Assembly (NCBI RefSeq): GCF_006345805.1
Contig: NC_043016.1
Location: 22,506,001-22,570,000 of the forward strand
Length of the DNA stretch: 64,000 bases
Direction: 5' to 3'
Origin: Octopus sinensis
Lineage: Eukaryota
The position numbers and the translations under genes were made by a program. This document shows positions 1 to 11,879 of the stretch, one piece after another; the stretch's first letter is position 1, and each line of letters opens with the position of its first letter. The notes under the pieces are model-generated. The model was not told the origin of the DNA and ran no database searches. It worked only from the letters and a program-made list of their open reading frames with translations.

Positions 1-30
1 GGGTGGATTCTATCCTGGCACCAGGCTAGC

Positions 31-675
31 TTATGAATGTGTGGAAGACCTCTCTTCAGCCATTCCACAGTATACATCCAAGCAGACAGTGGGCCAAAAA
101 TATGCACAACCTTCAGTAAAAACAGCATTTTCATCAACTTGGCATGAAAAACGCGCGCCACAGATGTCATATCTGTGCTCTGGCAGCTGGCCAGCGAACA
201 CATTCTCTTTAATCTCTGGCCAGGTAGGATTGCAGGTAAATGTAATGAAGAGATCCGGCTTTCCAAACTTACCGAGATATGCCATTGCGTCCTGCATTCG
301 TTTATACATATACCGAGGTGAGCCAAGAAATGTTGAAGGGAGAATAATACGCTTTCCAACGTTGGCTGCATCACTGTCTTGCCGTATTGCATCCTCTAGA
401 TTAACGTATTCTGTCGCTCTCAATTGGTCCTGGTGAGAACGAATGTATTTTAAACGTTCAGACTCAACTTTACAATACATGTTGACAAAAAACTGATTGG
501 TCAAAGAATGGCACCTTAGTAATAAATTAAACTCGTTTTCTCTCATCATGAGTCGATAGGCGTAAAATGTCTTGCAGGAAACCTTGTCAAGAAGTGTGAA
601 AATTGTGGGATCAACCTTTTTAATTTTTAAGTGGTATCCATCCTCTCCATGAGGAAAAAGGAGAGGGTACTGCAA
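31..675 (-). mobile_element. Helitron Rep (helitron_like_N) coding fragment
   Basis: ORF carries the Helitron motifs YPLLFPHGEDG, IILPSTFLGSPRYM and GKPDLFITFTCNPTWPEI; frameshifted near the window edge. Confidence 0.9.
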
Positions 676-714
676 GCAATCATAACATCGGTGTATTTTG
701 AAACAAAAGTCACG

Positions 715-905
715 TCTTCATCCAACAAACACTAAAGTTTTCCCCAAATCCAGGGTTTTTATAACTGAGCAACTTGACTTAAAAGAATCCATTACAAATA
801 TTCTTTACGTAACTTTTTAGAATCTTTATGAGCAGTTATATTAACCAATGGAAAAAACGAAAATAATAATCCTTCGGCAATACGACATTACGTCATATTG
901 CCAAT
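715..905. repeat. Dispersed ~200-250 bp unclassified repeat, copy 1
   Basis: catccaacaaacactaaagttttccccaaatccagggtttttataact...caatacgacattacgtcatattgc recurs at ~3840-4075 and ~14330-14560. Confidence 0.8.
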
Positions 906-1239
906 TTGCGCTTTATTTCAAAAATGGCTAAAATGGCTACTTGTTACACTGTGCATCTTTGTAATTTTTATTTATTTCCTGCCTGCCATTCTGCATAAGA
1001 GTGTATGTTGCAGCATCTAAACCTTTGTTTATATATTTGCAAACATACTTAATAGAGTTAACAGAGTTGCAGAATTGTCTTTGCTTCACTGTAGAATACT
1101 AATCATCTTCATCTATCCCGACTCCTGTTGCAGAGAGCAAGAACATTGTTCTCGGAAATTTTTTCGAAAATTAAAATGGGGATTAAATGAAAAGATGAGT
1201 TACATGAATATCATCACACTAGTGATTGAAATAAATGGA

Positions 1240-1630
1240 GATTGTGGAATGCCCCACGCATGCACACACACACACACACACATGTGCACACGCGCACAGA
1301 GTATCAAACAACAGATGACATGGACACGTGTGTGAGAGAGATAGAAGGGGTGTGTTGTCATGTATACGTACAGACATAAATATGCATACATCTTTTTTTT
1401 TGTGTGTGTGTGTGACAGAGAGAGGATGCCACTTAGACATCACTCTCTCCCTGTCTCATACAGATGCACGCACACACGTACAAAAAAAATGTATGTATAC
1501 AGGACAACATACCCCTTCTCTCTTTCACGCTAGCACATGCACATACATGAATATATACAAATGTACATACAAAAACACGTGTGAGTGTGTAACTGACTTG
1601 TGTGTGTGTTTGTGAGAAAGAGAGGGAGAG
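1240..1630. repeat. CA/GA-rich diverged tandem repeat
   Basis: Alternating (CA)n, (TG)n and (GA)n blocks in about two diverged units. Confidence 0.5.
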
Positions 1631-1894
1631 AGAACATTGCAAACAATGAATGAAATAAACATGAAAGGAAAAAAAAATCATATAAACAAAAGCTCGTAAA
1701 GACTATCTTGAACCAAATATTCAAATTTGTGAACTTAGTAAAAGTTCTTTCAGTAACTAATCATAGTTGTTTGCAAATAGTGCATTAAAACTTGAAATGA
1801 AAACATTAAAATAGAGAGTGAGAGATTTTGCAAATGAAAACAGAAAACTTTGCTGTTGCTATGTCAATAATGGAAGTTGACATTGAGAAACCTT

Positions 1895-2340
1895 TTTAAA
1901 GAAGTGAATCATGTTTCACCGCCATGTAGCATGGCAGTTTGCACACATGCATCATACAGTCTACCTTTCACTCTGAGTGAGAGGCCCTTTATTGGCAGCA
2001 GAGGTAGGAACTCTCTGAACTTTGCCCAAGCTTTTCTTATTTTAGCAGCTACACCTTCAGAGCATCCACCCCCGCTACAGATTTGGTCACCTAGGTAACA
2101 GAAGCTATCAACTACTTGTAGTTATTCCCCCTGGAATATGATGGATGCTGTTCTCTGCACATTTTCAGTGTTTATTGCTCCTGAGCATTTGCCATACACA
2201 AAAACTCTTCTCACTTAGGTTTCCTTTGATATTTCTGCACCTCTTATGTGTCCATAGCTTACACTGGATACATCTTATGGAGTTTCTACCTACGCCTTTT
2301 TTTACAGATAGAACAGGGCCATCTACCTGAAGGAATTTGT
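1895..2340 (-). mobile_element. RTE LINE fragment (same family as 20.8-26.6 kb)
   Basis: Matches 21540-21960 (CRIQCKLWTHKRC, GKLQVVDSF, RLYDACV). Confidence 0.85.
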
Positions 2341-2499
2341 GATACACACATGCACACACACCCATATATACACATACACCAACATTCATGCATATACATC
2401 TACATACATGCAAATGTGGGCATAAATGTACATATGTACAGGCATATACAAATGTATAATAATAATATGAATATGTCTTGCAAACAACTTGCACATGCA

Positions 2500-3100
2500 A
2501 GTGCTGCCAGTCAAAATCTCTGTATACCGGAAGCCAGCAAGTGTATGGGGTCATCAGGAGAGAATGCGCACTGTTTCGGGGCCTACCTCTCGACAGCATC
2601 AATGCGCACCGGCCCCCCTCACTAATATGAGGCCCCGCTTGCTAGATCAGCTGGTTATGAAGTTAAACTCAATATCCTTCTAGCCATCGCTCATTGTCTC
2701 TTTTTAACCAAATCCAGTGGCTAGCCTTCTCCACTGTAGATTGGATATCAGGTATTGACTTTACGATGAGTTAGGCCTACCTATAACAACAGTTGTCTCA
2801 CGCTGTGTCCAACAAACCCTCTACATCCGACTTCGATAGGAAAATGTTCCGCTTTCCAGCTTGCGTCTTCACATTCCTCGAGGAGGTTTACCTAACGGTT
2901 CAGTTTTCGAGCCTGAGCGGCGTCCATATTATCTTCATGAGGAACCGTTAGCTCGACTATATTTACAACTTTCTTTCTTTCACACCACATCAAAATATCT
3001 GGTTTTTTCGTAACTGGGATGGGAAAGAAAACCTGGCACCCAGGTAAATCTGCAGTTACCTCCCAATAGCCGTTCCACTTTTCATTTCTCTCAGGAAGTT
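2500..3100 (-). mobile_element. Relic 3' end of an RLE-type non-LTR retrotransposon (Hero/NeSL-like)
   Basis: Manual translation of ~3080-2700 gives WEVTADLPGCQVFFPIPVTKKPDILMWCERKKVVNIVELTVPHEDNMDAAQARKLNR*..CEDASWKAEHFPIEVGCRGFVGHS..EKASHWIW, the PD..(D/E) restriction-like endonuclease signature. Not in the ORF track. Confidence 0.8.
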
Positions 3101-3839
3101 TCTTGATCTTCTTCTTGAAACGGATCTGTAAAGGGAACTGGTTGCTTCTTTACACTTTTGGGGTGCAACTTGGGTGCAACACAATTTCCTTTCTTTTTGT
3201 TTCTAGAAACTACCAGTCAGGAACGAAACGCAAGTTTAGAAATATATACAATTCTTTATTCTCTTGGTTCAACAACGAAACACGATGGTATACTGGTATC
3301 CACCTAGTTCAACACAGCAAGGCTGAATTCTAACGTTTGTAAGCTTCTTACAACAATTCAGCAGCAATAGAACAGGTTAAATCCTAAGCGTCTGGGACAG
3401 GAGAATAGGCTGAACACACGTATGAAAATACGTCCCTTCTCTTCTATCACCGTGTCTCAAGTCCCCGACGCTATTAAGGAACGCGATAGAATTTATTCTT
3501 CAGTCTCTAGCGCATGTGCATGAGGGAACTTCCTTATGCCTTTCCAGAAGGTTCCAACCCCGCACACGCACACTGAAGGACGCTCCGCACACGCACACTG
3601 AAGAATGACGTTGCGTGTGCGCACACTGGAACATGATGTCACTACAGATCCGCTGACCTGGTTGCACGAAGGTAATGAAATCTCTAGATGGTACTTTCAA
3701 TGGTTTTTTCTGTGTTGTTGAGATGAATTTGGTTCTTTATAGCATTGAAGATGACTAAAGAAAAAGAAGTAGCTATATAAGTATTAAGTGAAAAAAGATA
3801 TAATGTATAATCTATCAAAAAAAATCACCAGTGTCTCAA

Positions 3840-4075
3840 AGGAGTGAGTGTCATGGAGTTGAGTTACATCCAACAAACACTGAAGTTTTTCCTAAAATCT
3901 AGGGTTTTTATAACTGCTCAACTTGATTTTAAAGAATCGAAATTACATACAAATATTCTTTAAGTAACTCCTAGAATTCCTATATGAGCAGTTATATTAA
4001 CCAATGGAAAAACGACAATAATATTTCTTCAGCAATACGACATTATGTCATATTGCTAGCTACCACAAATTGGCG
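3840..4075. repeat. Dispersed unclassified repeat, copy 2
   Basis: gagtgagtgtcatggagtt...gacattatgtcatattgc, homologous to copies 1 and 3. Confidence 0.8.
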
Positions 4076-4082
4076 CACTTAT

Positions 4083-4830
4083 TTAAAAATGGATACTTGC
4101 TACACTGGCTACCGAATTAGCTCTGGATGAAGATGTAATATTGTCAATTTCATGAATGACAATATCATTACTGGACTGCATGTATTTGGTCAATAAAGGC
4201 AGCTGGCAGGTAACCTGTATTGTGCTATTCACAAAACAAGCATTTCTCTTGTTGATCAGTGAGATGTATGACTTTACAACCATGTTGTCAAATCTAGTCT
4301 TTTTCAATTTTGTGAAGTTGATGATTCCACTATCCATATTTATGGCATCTTTACTCTTCTTAGTTCCCTTTTTAGCCAGTTTAATAATTTTGGGGCTCAC
4401 GTTATCATGGTCAATCTAATGTTTGGTGACTTTACAATTCGCTCTTTGACAGAATAGAAATAGCCAAGTTTATTTCTCAGCTGTATTCCTTCATTAGCAT
4501 TTCTGGCTTTGTTTGGAGGCACACATTCGTATTTACTTGCAATCTCATACAAACTCATGTACTCCATCAAATTGGATCTGTTTGGATACCAATTTTGCAC
4601 CATATTCTCATAATAAAGATTGGTGGACTCCAGCCCCAATTGGTCCAGTTCATACTGAGGTCTGAACATATGCAATCGGTAATTGGGCAAATTCCAATCC
4701 AATCCAGATAACACTTTCAAAACACCCATAGAAATGGTGGCCAGGTAGTTTGTCAGCAGCTTCATAGGTGCCTGTTTCACGCTTTCCCATCAACTGAAGT
4801 CTGGCATTCTTATACTTTGAATAAATGGAA
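4083..4830 (-). mobile_element. Helentron/Helitron-like coding fragment with a USP-type Cys-box motif
   Basis: KRETGTYEAADKL and YMSLYEIASKY resemble Helentron Rep-region motifs; LINKRNACFVNSTIQ resembles the GLxNxGNxCYxNSxLQ Cys box of C19 proteases. Confidence 0.55.
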
Positions 4831-5093
4831 TTGGTTGAGACTGACAAATCCACGTCCATTTATTCAAAGTATAAGAGTGTCAGACTTCAGTTGATGGGCA
4901 AGCGTGAAACAGGCACCTATGAAGCTGCTGACAAACTACCTGGCCACCATTTCTATGGGTGTTTTGAAAGTGTTATCTGGATTGGATTGGAATTTGCCCA
5001 ATTACCGATTGCATATGCTCAGACCTCAGTATGAACTGGATCAATTGGAGCTGGAGTCCACCAATCTTTATTATGAGAACATGGTGGAAAATT
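4591..5093. repeat. Long inverted repeat (two 239-bp arms, 25-bp spacer)
   Basis: 4591-4829 is the reverse complement of 4855-5093; the ORF track shows the same peptides on both strands. Confidence 0.95.
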
Positions 5094-5569
5094 TTGCACA
5101 TAGAGCCCAGGGACACAGATTTTTCAGATTCATAATTGCGATTAGGATCACAATTAAATGCTACACCTTGCCATTGAAATTGTGTATACTTCTGATTTTC
5201 TCTGGAAAGCTTTCTCCATTTTAGTTATATTTTTCAGTTGCTTTCATTCTTTTGTTTGCTATTTATTCTACCTTTTTCTCTTCTTTTTTGCAATCGTATT
5301 TCTTTGTCTTTTTTATTTTCTTGTACTTTTTTATTTCTATAATTTTCCTTCTTTCTCTGCAATCTTATTTCCCTACCTTTATCACCTTCTTGTTCTCTTG
5401 TCCTCCTTTCATATCCCCTCATTTTTTGCAACCAAACTTTCCGCTGGTTTTTTACCTTCTTCTATAATTTTCATACTTAGTGTTTGAATTCTCATTCTTT
5501 GGTCTTTTTTTATTGTCTTGTGATATCTTATTTCCTTCTACCTTTCTTTCATGCTCTTGAATGTTTATG

Positions 5570-6335
5570 GGAAAGAGAGCATCATAGTGGACATTGCCAA
5601 ATTCACCACTATATGACTCTGAAATCTTCCTTTCTGTAAATGTTCGACCACAAACAGTGAGCAGAGGAAGGATAATTTCATTGTCATTTTTGTGTTGAAC
5701 CTGAATTGCAACATTGTACAATTCACTAATAACAGCTAATTCAACATTACCTCCATATGTTCCATCTCTACTCATGTATGCTTGATATTCCTGCATTGTA
5801 CTATTAGAAATAAGAGAATGAAAATACTTCCAATCATTACAACCACCAAGGAAGGAGGTTATGTTTTCATTGGCATTGGTTTGTCTGTCTGTCCATCTGT
5901 GTGCAAAATAACTCAAAAAGTTGTGAACAGTATTTGATGAAACTTGCAGGAAAAGTTGGTAATGACACAAGGAACAGATGATGAAATTTTGGTAGTGATC
6001 CGGGAATTTTTATGGATTCTTGAAGGATTTGTTATATTTACTTTATATGAAGTATTACATTACATTCTTTGATTATCTCCCTTGAAAACACGTTCATTGT
6101 TGCCACGTAACCCATGGTGGCGTTGCTGTTTCCAAAGTTTATTTTTGTTTCTCTATTAGTAATTTTACTCGCGGATCTATCTTGAAATGAGCTTGGCGGA
6201 GGTCTGCGCTCTCCGAGTGCTTTTCTAGTTGCATATGTATCGTACAGACTCTTCCCAAAGAGTTTGGTAATTTCTGTTGTTTTTGAGCTAGAGTGACACA
6301 GCTCTGAACATACAGTTACCATCACCCATGACTTT
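5570..6335 (-). pseudogene. OTU-family cysteine protease domain of a Helentron, split by a HINE
   Basis: MGDGNCMFRAVS (~6330-6295), VRYICNDWKYF rejoined across the insertion, GTYGGNVELAVISELYNV, and HYDAL; one internal stop. Confidence 0.8.
5838..6228 (+). mobile_element. Non-autonomous Helentron (HINE/DINE-1 type)
   Basis: 5' caccaagg..ggttatgtttt, (gtct)n, 3' cttggcggagg, terminal hairpin gcgctctccgagtgc then ttttctag; inserted at TT, and removing it restores the OTU frame. Confidence 0.75.
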
Positions 6336-6740
6336 ATGAAAGGAATGAATTAATAAATTCATGTAATTTATTCTTTTATTCTTTTATTTGACTGCGGCTA
6401 TGCTGGAGCACCATCTTTTAGTCAAGCAGATTGACTCCAATACTTATTCTTTGTAAGCCTAGTATTTATTCTATCGGCATCTTTTTGCTGAACCTCTAAG
6501 TTACGGAGATGTAACCACACCAGCATTGGATGTCAAGTGATGTTGGTGGGGTGGACAAACACAGACACACAAACACGCACACACACACACATATATACGA
6601 CGAGCTTCTTTCCATCTATCAAATCCACTCACAAGGCTTTGGTCAGCTTGAAGGCTTGAAGCTATAGTAGAAAACACTTGCCCAAGGTGCCACGTAGTTG
6701 GACTGAACCCAGGAACCATGTGGCTGGTAAGCAAGCTTCT

Positions 6741-7711
6741 TTATTTTATTAAATTTTCCACAAGGGCAGCACACAGAGAGAAGCTTGTGGGCTGGACACA
6801 GACATTAATGGGATGAATGATAATGATACAAGGATGATAAGGATGGGAGAAGATGAAAAGCGCCTGCCAACTTTCGCTTCTCTAAAACATTGTTCTTTTT
6901 TCTTTTTTAAACACACAATGAGGTGATAAACCTCTTACATAGTTCAGAATGAAAACCACACACGAGGCAATAATCCTCTAACTTTTTACATTTTACAGAG
7001 TCTTTTTGAGGTAATACACCGCTTATACCATTGTCCCACATTTCAATTTTTCTGTCCGGCCAGGTTCCTCGCTTCATTGAAGCATCTAGTCGGTTCCAAG
7101 CCAGACCACTTGGCCATATATCTAAAGGAGTCCGCTGGGAAGGAATTCATTATCCTGCACAGATCGTTATCCCATATGACCTCCGCAGCCACCTGCGAAG
7201 GCCACTCAGGGTCCTCCATGCGGGACAGAAACCCCTCCCACCGGCCCTTCCTTTCAATTTTTCTAATCACATTTTGTAATGTCCATCACTTATGGAAGAG
7301 GACAACAAATTCCTCCTCCAGCGGCTCATCTGCCAAAGAAGCATTGGGACATGCCAGCAGCGTGTCACAAACTGCCGGCAGTGTCCCATTTTTCTTTTTT
7401 CTTTTCTTTTCCCCTTGGACTGCAGGAGGGTGGTGTTCCTTTGCTGCGTCCAGCAGGTTTTCCCTTCCTCCTGCAGCCCTCAGGTCCTTCGGTGGGCAAC
7501 CATTGTTGCCCACCTTTTGTTTTTGTTTTTTCCAGTAAGGACTCCTTGCTTGTACAAAACATAAAACCTACAGGCAACAAATCCTACTGGACTCAAAGAG
7601 CAAAAAGTCTTATCTTATGGTAGAGTGTCTTACAAATTCAATTTTCTTCCACTGCACACCAGCGTGACGACTTCAGCAGTCAAGTGAAGAACGATTAACA
7701 ACCGGAACCAG
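6741..7711 (-). mobile_element. Family A copy A1, internally deleted (5' UTR joined to the C-terminal half and 3' UTR)
   Basis: Flanked by AAGCAAGCTTCT at 6729-6740 and 7712-7723; 7535-7711 matches the A2 5' end at 9285-9461; 3' end gcccttgtgg..aataaaataa. Confidence 0.85.
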
Positions 7712-7723
7712 AAGCAAGCTTCT

Positions 7724-9461
7724 TTATTTCATTCAATTTGCCACAAGGGCATCACACAGATAGAAGCTTGCGGACATTAATGGGATGAATGATACGAGTT
7801 TTCCGGCCAACCAGGCTCCTTGCTACACTGAAGCATCTACCTGGTTCCAGGCCGGGCCACACAGACACAAATCTATAGGAGTTCTCTGGGAAGGATTTCA
7901 TGATCCTGCACAGATCACTATCCCATAGGACCTCCGCAGCTACCTGCAAAGGCCACTCAGGGTCCTCCGTGCAGGACAGAAGCCCCTCCCACCGGTCCCT
8001 CCTTTCCATTTTCTTAATTTCATTTTGTACAGTTCCTCCTTTGTGGAAGAGGACCACAAATTCATCCTCCAGCGGCACACCCGCCGGAGGAGAATTGGGA
8101 CACGCTGGCAGCGTGTCACAACCCACCGGCAATGTCCCGTTTTTCTTCTTTCTTTTCTTTTTCCCTTGGGCCGCGGGAGGGTGGGGTTCCTGTGATGCGT
8201 GCAGCAGGTCCTCCTTTTCTCCTGCAGCCCTCAGGTCCTTCGGTGGGCAACCATTGTTGCCCACCTCTTTTGTTTTTTCGAGGAGGTGGAAACCTCCTCA
8301 TCATCCTCCTCCTTCTCTCCCTCCATTGAGGGAGCAGGGAGAGATTCCACTATTAACTGCTCCAGGATCCTATTTTGGTCCTTGGGGCAGTTTTTCTTAA
8401 TGTGACTGCTCTCCAGACACAGATGACACTTGGTGGGGGAGTCCCTTAAGCATCACTGGGTACCTAGACCCGACCATCCTCAAAAAATCTGGAAAGACCA
8501 GACTTTCAGCTGTTTGGGTCCATAGGGTCAAAACAGCTTTTGACCCCTCCCAATCAGCCGCAGACAAAATTTTCACATTAAGCAGCTTGGTACTGCTACT
8601 ACCCAGACCCCAGTGGATAGAATCCTCTATCCACTCAGGCTCAATTCCGGGTGGCAAACCGCAGACCCAAGCCTTCAATAACTTCTTTCCACAATAGCTG
8701 GGAAGGAACATGATTTCCTTGCCCTCAGGGGGCCGGCTTGCAAAATCGCAAGCTTCTTGGGGGAGTCAAATAGTAACCAGACCGTTGCATACTTGACTCC
8801 CTGTGAAATGAATTTAATGGCTGGCATGTACTCTGCCAGCTCCTTCAAAATTGTGGCCTTCGGGAAGACAGTTATGGTGTCGAGTGACTTAGAATAAGTC
8901 CTCAACACCACCGTCTTCCTTTCGAGCTCTTTCATCCATTTTTTGGGAGGTGTTAAATCCCACACAAGTAATTCCTTTGCCATTTAAAAATGTTCAAATA
9001 CAGTTCAAAGTGTAAAATAAAGAAAGACACAAAAAAAGAAGGAAAGACACAACAGAAGGGAAGAAATAAAATATAACAGTTCAAATAAAGTTCTTTTTTT
9101 TAAAATAAATGATAGTGTGGAAAGAGAGTTCAAATCCTGGCAAAGAAATTAATTTTTGACCGAAAAGGTACTTCTGGCCTATCCTTGTAATCCACATGGG
9201 CACAAACATTTTCAAAAATAATTTCTCACAATTATGTGAGAAAATACATATCTCCACCGCAAGGCAGACAAAAAGCTCCGAATCCATAAGGACTTCTTGC
9301 TAGTACAAAAAAATAAACCTACAAGCAACAAATCCTACTGGACTCAAGGAGCAAAAAGTCTTACCTTACAGTAGAGCGTCTTTCAGTTTTCGCCAGCTGC
9401 ACACCAGCGTGACGACTTCAATTCAACAGGCGAGTGAAGAACAACTAACAACCAGAACCGG
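7724..9461 (-). mobile_element. Family A copy A2, ORF1-only Tx1-like element
   Basis: Frameshifted ORF MAKELLVWDLTPP.. (8983) through ..DPEWPLQVAAE.. (7752); TSD at 7712-7723 and 9462-9473; no EN or RT. Confidence 0.9.
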
Positions 9462-11288
9462 AAGCAAGCTTCTTACCACACAGGCACTCCTGAGCCTGTT
9501 GAATATTTTTCAATAAATTCTGTAAGGGAGTTCACCTTTAGTTTAAAGATACTAAGCTGATCGATAAAGGAACGCGACCATCGTTCTACAATACAATTTC
9601 TTGACATTTTGAAAATGTCTAGAAAGAAATTACAAAAATTAAATAGGGTTGAAACTGCCCCTAGGGGCGAATTCCTCCCTTGGAAAAGCACTCAAACGAA
9701 AGTTGGGTGCCTTACACAACTTATTTACAAAAATGTACACAAAAATTGGGCTATAAATAGTCAAAATAAACGATTACCTTCGGAGTCGAAGTGACAGCAC
9801 TTCCATAGACAGAGAGATAGATAGATGAATGAGTGAGTATAATTTTGTAAATAATAAAAACGAAATTAATAAGGTACTTCACCTTCAATGTTGACTTGAA
9901 ACGTCTTCCTGAAAAGGAAAGTGATTTGACTCTAAGTATTTAGAAGATGATAACTTTTTTATCGTGTGTTCATAAATAGAACAAAGGAATACTTTGGTTA
10001 TTTCCAGTTTAAACATCACATATTTGTTTATAGATTTGTGAGTGTGTGTGTATGTGCGTGTGTTACAGAGAGACAGAGTGAGAGAGAGGCAAACAGACTG
10101 AGAGTGGGAGACAAAAAGAGACACAAGATAGAAAGAGATTGAAAGTGTGTGTGTGTATCTTTGAATGACAACATTAATGTTCCGTCCCCACTTCATATTT
10201 GTCGCTTACACAACTCTGTCCTCTTCCCTGATCACCACGCAAACCTCAATGGCCCTCTTACACTTTTGTAGGCAAGCTAGATATATATTGTCAGGACATG
10301 CAGTAAGACTAGACTATAACATTCTGTTGTCAGTCACTGCATGTATGACATATTTGGCAAATGAAAGACGGAAAATGGAATATACAAGAATTTATTAATC
10401 ATGACAATTGTTTCAACACATCTAGCATTGATCCCTCTTGGGTGGGACATTCAACGAGTGGTTCAGGAGCATCCGGTGGGGCAGATGTATCTTATCGGAT
10501 GATAAATAGATACAACTCATTAAAATACCAGTTCCACAATGTAACTTCTCATTTTATAGAAAGACTAGCTTAATGTGACCCGCTTTATGCACGGGTGATG
10601 TTTTGGTTGTTGGACCAATGTATTAATGTAACATTGTTTTATTGTTTTAAAATGAAAGAGGCAATGCGTTTAGTGCTAAAAAAAAAAAAAAAAGACAAAC
10701 GTCCGCCAATGGGAAGACAGTTCATATTCGTTTAGAGCACTCTGGGTATAATCATAAAATTGAAAAATGGAATTTCAGTGGCGAATATTGTTGAGGACTC
10801 TAAAAAAAAAATGTTTTTTAACCTGCAGGAAGATAGTTTAAACCAAAAAAGGCAGACTGTAAACTCACATCTGCAATAATGTTTGAAATTAGAATTCACA
10901 CCCAGCTCAGTTTTGTAGAAAGAGTATCGCGATGTGGATGCATGAGTTGTGAGTTTGACTCACAGAGGTTATATGGTGACACATGCCAGTCCTTTCGACA
11001 CCACCTAAACAATGGAACAGTGTATAAAATGTAATTAACAACTCATTCACTTTATGAATGTCTTATGTTGGCGAAGAAACAATAACTTGACAAAACCGTT
11101 CAATGGAGACGTAGAAGGAATTGGAAAATGAGGAATAAAGAGACGAATGAGTTGGATCAAATGTTTGCAAAAATCTTAAACCAATCTTCTTTATGAACCA
11201 TGTTCTTTTTAATGTCTTTATTTTCAAGAATGAAGAGGTAATCAAGACGTGCAGAAGAAAAACTCAAGCAAAATCTCATGACTTACAA

Positions 11289-11879
11289 TCAATCTTGTTT
11301 TGTCAGAGCCTCCTGATAAACTACGTTCCTTGTGCGCTCATGATCGCCAAGAATGAAGAGGTTATGCGGATTTCCAACTCGAGAACAGGCTACGTACAAT
11401 TGACCATGACTGAAGACCGGTTGTGACAGGTTAATGCCTACAATGTCCAGTGATTGTCCCTGTGACTTGTTGATTGTCATCGCGAAGCATAGTTTTATCG
11501 GAAATTGATAGCGTTTAAACTGAATGGGAACATCAGAGGGTGAAATACTCATTTTATGTATCATCTTCATTGTTCCTATGAATGGTCCACTCAAAATTTC
11601 AGCAGTTATAACATGGCTTTGAATCCTCCTTATAACCATTTGGGTTCCATTGCATATTTCAGGCGTTTCCAACAAATTATTGTTAACGACGGTCGCCTTG
11701 AGCATACAAATAAATTCTTTAAAAGGTATAATGCTTCTTAGCACAGCAAATCTTTTATTCACGCAAAATAACAGCATATCTTCTGATAGATAATATCTGT
11801 TATAATTGTGCGGTGGTGGTGGGAGATAATAATTCACCTTTCTGAAAGACCTGTGGTAGGAATATGTAAACTTTTGCAT
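11289..11879 (-). pseudogene. PIF1-type helicase C-terminal fragment within the Helitron
   Basis: ICNGTQM, QFPIKLCFAMTINKSQGQSL, FSHGQLYVACSRVG. Confidence 0.9.

Larger units (their letters stand above)
6369..9497 (-). mobile_element. tRNA-derived SINE copy 1, split by two family-A elements (body 6369-6740, head remnant 9474-9497)
   Basis: Minus strand reads aggctcaggagtgcctgtgtggta^agaagcttgctt..ggttcctgggttcagtcc..ggcaccttgggcaagtg with A-box and B-box-like motifs and a simple-repeat tail. Confidence 0.85.

Noticed and set aside
1075-1724. Short ORFs as host exons
   Set aside because: They are translations of CA/GA microsatellite-rich sequence with no recognisable domain.
7520-7550. A1 internal deletion as a spliced product
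   Set aside because: The missing segment inferred from A2 does not begin with GT at the junction.
9500-9800. Possible Helitron N-terminal coding relic
   Set aside because: Only weak motif resemblance by eye; not supportable without a search.
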